Assembly: GCA_024401055.1 (NCBI GenBank)
Contig: JAKSLT010000002.1
Location: 1,885-65,884 of the forward strand
DNA: 64,000 nt
From: Bacteroidaceae bacterium
Lineage (GTDB): Bacteria; Bacteroidota; Bacteroidia; Bacteroidales; Bacteroidaceae
Reading direction: 5' to 3'
The notes under the pieces are model-generated. The model was not told where the DNA came from and did not search any database. It worked only from the letters and a program-made list of their open reading frames with translations. This document shows, in pieces, positions 56,972 to 64,000 of this stretch. Made by a program: the position numbers and the translations under genes. How positions within the stretch are numbered: position 1 is the stretch's first letter; the number at the start of each line of letters is the position of its first letter.

Positions 56972-58903
56972 ATGAAAAAGATTCTCTTACTTGCCACTAT
57001 CCTGCTGACCGCTACAGCCGGCATGGCACAGAAACTTATCGACCTCGCTCAAAGCCCCGACGCCGATAACTACCTCATTACTTCCAAGCCCGCTGCCATC
57101 AAAGCCTCAAACAGCTTAAAGGCTCCCGAGCACGAAGGCATCACCCTGCAGCCCGGTCAGTATCTTATCGGCAACTCGCAGAGCGATGAGTACTACAATT
57201 ACGGCTCATGCCCCTATATGGGCGACGTTCTCGTAGGTTCCATCATCTATAAGGACTCCTATGAGAAACTCAAGAACGTCAGGGCCATCGGCATTCGCTT
57301 CTGCATCCCCCAGACCGTCACCATCAAGGGCGTGACGCTCTTCAACAGCGATATTGAAAGCCAGTACGTCCAGCGGCCCAAAACGCCGTGTGCCAAAGGC
57401 TGGAACTACATTCCTTTCGATGAGCCCCAGACCATCGACCCCGAGGGCTGCCTGATAGCCTACACCTACGTGCAGACCGCCAGCAACTACGGCATCTGCA
57501 ACTGGCCCGACATGGCCTCCGGAGGCTTCTATGTCTATGCCTACAACTCCGACCGCGGACAGTACACGTGGCTCAACGCCAGCAATCAGGCCGGTGCCGT
57601 GTGCATACAGCTCGTCGTGGAGGCCGAACTCCCCGACTATGAGGTGAATGCCACCGATGTGGAGAGCACTCCCGCCGCTGTAGGCACCGAGGGACGCGCC
57701 ATCGTTTACCTCCAGAGCAACAGCCAGAAGGAAGTGGCCGACATCGACTACGACATCACCATTGACAGCAAGACCTACTCCACCCACCGCAAGTTCTCCG
57801 AGCCCGTGCCCGCCGGCATCGACCAGAAGTTCGGACTCGAAGTGGCCGTGCCCATTCCCGAGAAGGCTGCTGCCTACAAGACCACCTTCCAAGTCACCAA
57901 GGCTGGCGGCGAGGCCGTCACTTCCGCACCCATCACCTTCACGCAGGACGCCTTCACCCGCATGGCTCCGCGCCACACCGTAGTGGAAGAATTTACCGGC
58001 ACCACCTGCGGCAACTGTCCCCGCGGCTACGCCGGCATGGAATACCTCAAGGAAGCCTACGACGGCCGCGCCTACGTCATTGCCGTCCACAACTACGCAC
58101 AGGCCGATCCCATGTACTGCGCCCGCTACAACAACCCCGGCTGGGCCGGTGCCCCCACCTGCTGCGTGGACCGTCAGCTCACCACCGACCCCTATTTCGG
58201 CTCGGGCTACGGCATCGGTGCCACCGTGGATGAATACCTTGCCGTGGCTCCCCGCGTGGATCTCAGCGTCAGCGCCTCCTTCACCGATGAGAAGCAAACC
58301 AAGGTGAAGGCCACCACTAACCTCGAGTTCCTCGGCGCCGCCAAGAACTACACCGTGGCCTACGTCCTCACGGCCGACTCCCTGCGCGGCACCACCTCCG
58401 CCTGGCGTCAGGACAACTACTACGCCTCCAAGACCACGGCCGAAGCCGGAGCCTCCAACATGATGCCCCTCTTCGCCCTCTTCTGCAAAGGCGGCGAGTG
58501 GGGCCAGAGCAAAGTCCTCCTCACCTACAACGACGTAGCCCTCACCTCCTCCTGGAGCACCAGTGGCAGCAACCAGGCCACGAAACTCACCTCCACCATT
58601 GCCGCCGGCAAGACCCTCACCCACTCCTACACCCTCACCCTTCCCACCAGCAGCACGCTGATGAACGCCGTGAAGAAGAATCTTCTCTTCGTCACCGTCC
58701 TCGTGCTTGACGGCGACGGCCACGTGGCCAACGCCGCCCGCTGCCACGTGGAAGAACCCGAAGGTATCAGCGAAGTGACTACAGACAACGGACTACAGAC
58801 AACGGACAACGGACGACAGGCAACCTACGACCTCACTGGACGCAAACTGAACTCTCCTGCCCACGGCCTCTTCATCCAGAACGGCCGCAAAGTCCTCAAG
58901 TAG
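56972..58903 (+). CDS. Omp28-related secreted protein (paralog of 1006-3630) with a T9SS-type tail
   Basis: Signal peptide. VVEEFTGTTCGNCPRG, GAPTCCVDR and QDNYYA. C-terminus YDLTGRK...GLFIQNGRKVLK. Confidence 0.85.
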   Translation: MKKILLLATILLTATAGMAQKLIDLAQSPDADNYLITSKPAAIKASNSLKAPEHEGITLQPGQYLIGNSQSDEYYNYGSCPYMGDVLVGSIIYKDSYEKLKNVRAIGIRFCIPQTVTIKGVTLFNSDIESQYVQRPKTPCAKGWNYIPFDEPQTIDPEGCLIAYTYVQTASNYGICNWPDMASGGFYVYAYNSDRGQYTWLNASNQAGAVCIQLVVEAELPDYEVNATDVESTPAAVGTEGRAIVYLQSNSQKEVADIDYDITIDSKTYSTHRKFSEPVPAGIDQKFGLEVAVPIPEKAAAYKTTFQVTKAGGEAVTSAPITFTQDAFTRMAPRHTVVEEFTGTTCGNCPRGYAGMEYLKEAYDGRAYVIAVHNYAQADPMYCARYNNPGWAGAPTCCVDRQLTTDPYFGSGYGIGATVDEYLAVAPRVDLSVSASFTDEKQTKVKATTNLEFLGAAKNYTVAYVLTADSLRGTTSAWRQDNYYASKTTAEAGASNMMPLFALFCKGGEWGQSKVLLTYNDVALTSSWSTSGSNQATKLTSTIAAGKTLTHSYTLTLPTSSTLMNAVKKNLLFVTVLVLDGDGHVANAARCHVEEPEGISEVTTDNGLQTTDNGRQATYDLTGRKLNSPAHGLFIQNGRKVLK

Positions 58904-58931
58904 GGGCACTTCATTGTCAAGGATAACGCAA

Positions 58932-59183
58932 CATGCCATAGGCATGATATAAGGTAGCCAGCCATGAGTGAGGCGTAAGCCGAACGTAATGGCTGGTTTT
59001 TGCGTCGCGCGGGACGCCTGCCGTCAGGTAGGCGATAAAAGACGGCCTTGCCATGAAGCCAGCTGAGGCCTGATGTATCGCCTACCTGACGGCAGGCGTC
59101 CTTCTCCCCTCCGTTTTCCAGCCATTGCGTCCTCCCTTCGGTCGCCCTTATGGCTGGCTACCTTATATCATGCCTACGGCATG
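58932..59183. repeat. REPIN/BIME-like inverted doublet of family-A REP units
   Basis: Outer arms 58932-58965 and 59150-59183 are 34 bp with one mismatch. Inner arms 59012-59037 and 59076-59101 are 26 bp and perfect. Confidence 0.92.
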
Positions 59184-59594
59184 CTCATTATACGCACCGC
59201 GCGTTTCCATTCCGGCACCGGCACCGGCCAGCTGTGCACCGCGCTATTCTTTTTTTACTTCAATCCGACGACCGTAACTGAAAAATTTTTGTCAAAATAT
59301 TTTACATTTTCGCTTCGTTTTTCGGCCGTTTTTCGGCCGCGGAGGCCACCGCGCGACGCCTCATGCGGAAATACGCGAATTTCGAAAACTACTCTAAACG
59401 ATTTATTTACAAATAGTTAGTTCCGTACCCGCACCGCCGGATGTTCTTCCGTGCGCGCCTAGTCCCCTTTCAGTTGCGAAAAAGACCCGCCGAAAAATGA
59501 TTTTTTGCAGAAAATTTTCGAAAAAAGCAGTAAGCCCCCCTAAATACCACTTTTTGAGGCACTTCAAAGAACGATTGCAGACCCTATTTGCAGC

Positions 59595-59625
59595 ACTCCC
59601 CCTTTGGGGGAGCGGGGAGGGGGTC
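59595..59625. repeat. Family-B REP unit
   Basis: actccccctttgggggagcggggagggggtc. Confidence 0.75.
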
Positions 59626-59770
59626 GCCTAATCCTCCTTTAATTTGCACTAGTCCTGATTTAATTTGCACTAGTCCTCCTTTAATTTGCACTAGTCCTGA
59701 TTTAATTTTTCGTAAAAGGGAAGTAGTGCGAATTAAATGGGAGATACGGAAAATTAAATGGGAAGAAGGC
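59626..59770. repeat. 21-bp x4 array with inverted terminal units, copy 2
   Basis: CTA starts at 59628, 59649, 59670 and 59691 (ctagtcct-cc/ga-tttaatttgca). Inverted units aattaaatggga at ~59731 and ~59752. Confidence 0.9.
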
Positions 59771-59989
59771 GCAAAATGATGGGAAACCGGCGCGCGCGGT
59801 TCGCCTTTATCCGCATTCTGTCCTCACATTGCCGTGTTTTCTCCTTTTTTCGCGTTGTCAAAAATTTTTACAGTTTGGAAAAATCGTTACGGGCGCGCTA
59901 CTGATTATCACGGCAAAACGGAAAAAACAGATTTCGCGCATGTTTTTAGTGCGTTTTGCCAAGTGGAGTGCTAAAAAAAAGCGAAAAAA

Positions 59990-60020
59990 TTTGCTGTTTT
60001 GATAAATTTACTTAAATTTG
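59990..60020 (+). promoter_or_regulatory. Bacteroidetes -33/-7 promoter of the large surface-protein gene
   Basis: TTTG (59990-59993), then N19, then TAAATTTG (60013-60020). Confidence 0.75.
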
Positions 60021-60128
60021 CACCGCATTTTATACATACGCGCGGCACGTATATGCGTAAGTATCAAACGTAAGAAACAAAACACATTTTTTAATTCACC
60101 TTATTTATTAACCCAAAAACCAAATCAC

Positions 60129-63100
60129 ATGAAAAGTTTCAACAAAACTTTCACATGGCTTTCAACACTGCTTCTGACAGTGCTGTTTGCCGTGAGTGGG
60201 TCGGCCAGCGCAGCCACCAAGGACTGCACTCCCACGCCCACTACGTTCAATGTGGAGAGCCTCAACGGTACTTACGATGTGGCATTCGCAGGTGTGACTG
60301 GTAACACGGCCTACACGGCCACCTACACGGGTTCCGACCTGGCTCTTAAGGATGCCAGCGGTACCACCGTAGGCACCGTGACCGTTACCACACCGGCTTA
60401 CGACACCGTAAGGTTCACCGTCTCCGGCGCTACCGCAACGGCTGCAGGCAACTACACCATCGAGATGCCTGAAGGCGCGCTGACGTTCAAGCACACCGTG
60501 AAGATGCTTGACATCACGCATCCTGCCTTCACCATCACCCTGGCGTATGCCGGCAGTACAGAACCCATCGTGCCTGAGGCACCCAAGTACCTCACCGCAC
60601 CTGCTCTGCGCCAGGCTGTTGCCGAGAAGGGCATCGCCCTCATCGGTATCCTTGGCGTCACCACCACTGGTGACAAGTACATCAACGGCAGCACTCAGAC
60701 CGAACACGCTTCTGCCGACGGCACCCTTGCCGGCGTTCGCGCTCCCCAGGAGGCTGAAGTTATCGAAGTAATCCCCGCCGAAGGCGGTTACTATCTCCGT
60801 CAACACGCTGCCGAAGCCGGCCAGGGTTACCTCGCCTGCGCTGGCGGCAGCAACTTCACCATCACCGACCAGGCCGGTGCCAACATCTGGACCATCGTCG
60901 GCCCCGATGAGACTGGCTACGGCGATGTTAGTGGCTTTGATGATATCTATCCCGATATCGCCAAGGAACTCAACCCCAATATGGTTCGCTTCATCTCCAA
61001 TGGTCAGTACCTCAACGGCCAGACCTTCGGCCAGACCGGCGGTCTCCGCGGCGGCACCGGCGCATGGAGCTTCAACTATGTTTACAGCTATGAAGAAGCA
61101 GCTCCCGCCGACATTCCCTTCACCGTTGGTAAGAAGTATGCCGTTTGGTTCAACAACGCTGATAAGCAGTACTTCTGGGAAGACAAGGACGGCGTGGCCA
61201 ACGAAATTCGTTGCAACGACGGCGACATTGCCACCCGCAATGAACTGGAAAGCTACAGCAACACCGTTTACTGGACGATGGGCGGCGACGCTACCAACGG
61301 CTACACTTTCACAAACGCCACCACCGGCAAGCACATCCTTGCTCCCGCTTCTCTCAGCGCAGGCGCAGCCTTCTTGCTGAGCGACAGTGAGGCTACCGGC
61401 TTCGACGTTGTGAAGATGGACAATGGTTACTACCGCTTCTACATCCACGGTCAGACCACGTACTATCTGGCTCACACCAGCCGTAACTCTCACCTGGTTA
61501 CGATGTACAACGTGGCTGACTACGGCCTTACCGAAAACGGCGGCGCAAGTGTAGTACAGTTCGAGGAAATCCCCGACCACTACGACTACACCCTCGCCCT
61601 CGTTGACGCTCCCGCTGGTGCTACCGTAACCATCGGTGGCGAAGCCCGCGCTGACGGCGCTGAATTCACCACGGAGAACCGTCTCAACACTGCCGACATC
61701 GCTGTCGTGGCTGAAGGCTACAGCTACAGCATCGACATCACCGCCGGCGTGGTTACCATCACCTTCAAGAAACTCCCCATCACCGCCGGTAAGAAGTATG
61801 TCATCAGCAGCGTAGGCCACGCCAACGACGCTGTTTATTACCTCACCAACGACGGCACCAACACCAAGCTGGCTCGCAGCACTGAATATCCCGCAGAGGA
61901 TCAGTACTGGACTGCCGAGAGCGTATCCGTCGGCGCCGACGGCGGTATCAACGTTAGCTTCGTCAACAACGGTAAGTACTTCGCCTTCATGGCCACCACC
62001 ACTGAGGCCGGCCACGCCGTGAAACTCACCCAGGACGACGTTGACGCTGACAACTTCTTCAACGTACAGGACAACCTGAACTACTGGCCCGACAAGGCTA
62101 CCGACACCCGCTTCCTCTACCTCGCCGTGAAGGACGACAACACCACCATCGGCTGGGGTGCTTGGCAGGGTGCTGCTATCCGCACCACTGGCTACAGCTA
62201 TCAGTTCAAGTTCGACGAAATTGCTGAAGAAGAAGAACCCGTATCTTACACCGAAGGCGACTTCTACGTGAAGAACGAGGCCAGTGGCAAATACTTCGGC
62301 TTCGTAGGCACCAGCACCTCCAACGGTAACTTCGGTCCCGTAGAAGAGGCTGACAAGCTCGTCTGCACCGTAACGCAGCCCGAGGAAGGCACCTTCAACA
62401 TCCAGCTCTTCGGCTTCAACTATGTAAGCTGCGGCAGCAACGGTGGCTTCTCCAACAACAAGGCCGCCAACGCTCTCCAGCTCTTCAAGGTGAACGGCTC
62501 CTCCGCTGTGAAGGCCACCACCATCGAAGAAGGCGCTGAATACCTCATCGTAGGTAACAAGAACGGTACTGACTACGCTCTCAGCAACGGCACCAACGGC
62601 AAGACCGGTGCTGACCTCCGCACCGCTGGCATAGCCGTTACCATCACCGACAATACCATCAGCACCATCTTCGGCGCTTGCAAGTGGACCTTCGAACACT
62701 ATGTCAGCACCGACACCCGCGAGGCCCTCGACGGCGTTTACTTGAAGAACGGCGAAGGCAAGTTCTTCGGCATCGGCGCCACTGACATCGACATCCTCGA
62801 CGAAGGCCAGACCTGGACCATCGCTCCCGTCAAGACTGAAGAGAAGGCATACACCCTCGAGAACAGCAGCATCGACGCCGTGAAGCGTTTCGTCAACACC
62901 GGCTCCAACGGCTATCTCTCCAAGAGCGAGGACTACAACGCCCGTTCCGTTTACTTCTATGAGCTCACCAACGCCACCACCGGCGAGTGCACCCTCGTAG
63001 AGCAGCCCGAACTCGGCAAGACCTACGCTATGGTTATCCATAACATCACCTCCGGCTATCCCGGCTACTACGCTATCTACAGTGGCCTGGCCAAGAACAA

Positions 63101-64000
63101 GACCGACCGCGGCGACGTTATCAGCCTCGGCACCGAACTGCCCACCAGCCTCACCATCGACGCTACCCTCAGCAGCTCCAACGGCACCATCACGCCCGCC
63201 AAGGCTCTCTGGACTCTCACCGACACCGCTGAGGAGCCCGAGCCCGAACCCAAGCAGTTCGTTCTCGGTCCTGAGGATATCAGCGCCAAGAAGGCCTATA
63301 TCATCTACACCACTGCCCGCGGTGGTCTCACCGTAGCTTCCGAGGACGCTGCCACGCTGAGTGGTACTGGTCAGACTGGCGTAGGTCAGACCGCTGCTGA
63401 CAAGACCAACGTATTCCAGCAGTTTGCTTTCGTAGGCTACGAAGGTGAATACTACCTCTACAGCGTAGGCGCTAAGAAGTATGTCAGCATCTCTGGCCTC
63501 ACTGAGAATGCTGCCAACGCTGTCCAGTTCGCCGACGCTGACGACACCACCGTACGTCTGCTCTTTGACGCCGCTCACAACTTCAACCTGGGTGGCAGCA
63601 AGCAGTATCTCTGCGACACTTGGAATGCTAAGGACGCCGGCAACAGCTTCATCATTGAGGTAGCTGCCGACTTCGACCAGACCGCTCTCGTAGAGGCTAT
63701 CGCCGCCGTCATTGAGCAACAGAAACTCAACGACGCACTGGCCGAGGCTATCGCTGAGGCAAAAGCTGCCTATGCAGAGAACAATGTTCCCGCAGAGCTC
63801 TCTGAAGGTCTCATCACCGAGGCTTCTCAGTTCTCCTCTGAATACTCCGACTCCGATGAAGGTAAGGACTTCGGTGCTCTCATCGACAACGATGTAAACA
63901 CTTTCTGGCACTCCGACTGGCATGGCACCGCTCCCGAAGGTGAACACAGCTTCGACGTAGAGCTTGCTGAACCCGTAGAAGGTCAGGTTGCTGTTACCAT
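60129..64000 (+). CDS. Large (>1290 aa) secreted/surface multidomain protein, 3'-truncated by the window edge
   Basis: ATG at 60129: MKSFNKTFTWLSTLLLTVLFAVSGSASA (signal peptide). The same frame reads ...LIDNDVNTFWHSDWHGTAPEGEHSF at the window end. It is absent from the ORF track, consistent with having no stop in the window. Biased GCT/GGT/AAC codon use. Confidence 0.9.
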   Translation, partial: MKSFNKTFTWLSTLLLTVLFAVSGSASAATKDCTPTPTTFNVESLNGTYDVAFAGVTGNTAYTATYTGSDLALKDASGTTVGTVTVTTPAYDTVRFTVSGATATAAGNYTIEMPEGALTFKHTVKMLDITHPAFTITLAYAGSTEPIVPEAPKYLTAPALRQAVAEKGIALIGILGVTTTGDKYINGSTQTEHASADGTLAGVRAPQEAEVIEVIPAEGGYYLRQHAAEAGQGYLACAGGSNFTITDQAGANIWTIVGPDETGYGDVSGFDDIYPDIAKELNPNMVRFISNGQYLNGQTFGQTGGLRGGTGAWSFNYVYSYEEAAPADIPFTVGKKYAVWFNNADKQYFWEDKDGVANEIRCNDGDIATRNELESYSNTVYWTMGGDATNGYTFTNATTGKHILAPASLSAGAAFLLSDSEATGFDVVKMDNGYYRFYIHGQTTYYLAHTSRNSHLVTMYNVADYGLTENGGASVVQFEEIPDHYDYTLALVDAPAGATVTIGGEARADGAEFTTENRLNTADIAVVAEGYSYSIDITAGVVTITFKKLPITAGKKYVISSVGHANDAVYYLTNDGTNTKLARSTEYPAEDQYWTAESVSVGADGGINVSFVNNGKYFAFMATTTEAGHAVKLTQDDVDADNFFNVQDNLNYWPDKATDTRFLYLAVKDDNTTIGWGAWQGAAIRTTGYSYQFKFDEIAEEEEPVSYTEGDFYVKNEASGKYFGFVGTSTSNGNFGPVEEADKLVCTVTQPEEGTFNIQLFGFNYVSCGSNGGFSNNKAANALQLFKVNGSSAVKATTIEEGAEYLIVGNKNGTDYALSNGTNGKTGADLRTAGIAVTITDNTISTIFGACKWTFEHYVSTDTREALDGVYLKNGEGKFFGIGATDIDILDEGQTWTIAPVKTEEKAYTLENSSIDAVKRFVNTGSNGYLSKSEDYNARSVYFYELTNATTGECTLVEQPELGKTYAMVIHNITSGYPGYYAIYSGLAKNKTDRGDVISLGTELPTSLTIDATLSSSNGTITPAKALWTLTDTAEEPEPEPKQFVLGPEDISAKKAYIIYTTARGGLTVASEDAATLSGTGQTGVGQTAADKTNVFQQFAFVGYEGEYYLYSVGAKKYVSISGLTENAANAVQFADADDTTVRLLFDAAHNFNLGGSKQYLCDTWNAKDAGNSFIIEVAADFDQTALVEAIAAVIEQQKLNDALAEAIAEAKAAYAENNVPAELSEGLITEASQFSSEYSDSDEGKDFGALIDNDVNTFWHSDWHGTAPEGEHSFDVELAEPVEGQVAVT

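Noticed and set aside
60162-63947. 1261-aa minus-strand ORF in the track
   Set aside because: Antisense shadow of the real plus-strand gene starting at 60129, which has a promoter, signal peptide and recognisable module.
1-64000. tRNA, rRNA, prophage, integrase, reverse transcriptase/DGR
   Set aside because: No such motifs or genes were recognised by eye; tRNAscan-SE and Infernal were not run.

Overview
GC-rich Bacteroidales (Prevotellaceae-like) chromosomal window; canonical Bacteroidetes TAnnTTTG promoters precede most operons. Housekeeping genes: acpP-fabF-rnc, dsbD, U32-ribF-CPBP-dusB, uvrA, mnmG-uvrC, deoC-ispB-polA, rpoN-purE-ispG and cysS. Surface and secreted genes: two Omp28-like proteins, GH20, GH33, a 3024-aa DUF3472/CBM32/GH95 fusion, a CAZyme-free thioredoxin-SusC-SusD-FISUMP operon, and a >1290-aa protein that runs off the right end and is missing from the ORF track. 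Gene orientation flips at the divergent uvrA|mnmG gap and a canonical parS lies inside mnmG, so the window probably contains or is close to oriC. The most unusual content is non-coding. (1) The 3' end of a RAYT/IS200-like Y1 transposase sits at the left edge, and its flanking REP unit recurs as a ~250-bp inverted doublet at 58.9-59.2 kb. (2) A second GACCC-type REP family has also entered coding sequences in frame. (3) Several sequence-unrelated families of short 21-23-bp-period arrays occur, some with palindromic units and some bounded by terminal inverted repeats or by a 17-bp TGTCAAAAWWTTTTACA motif. All calls come from reading the sequence by eye; no searches were run.
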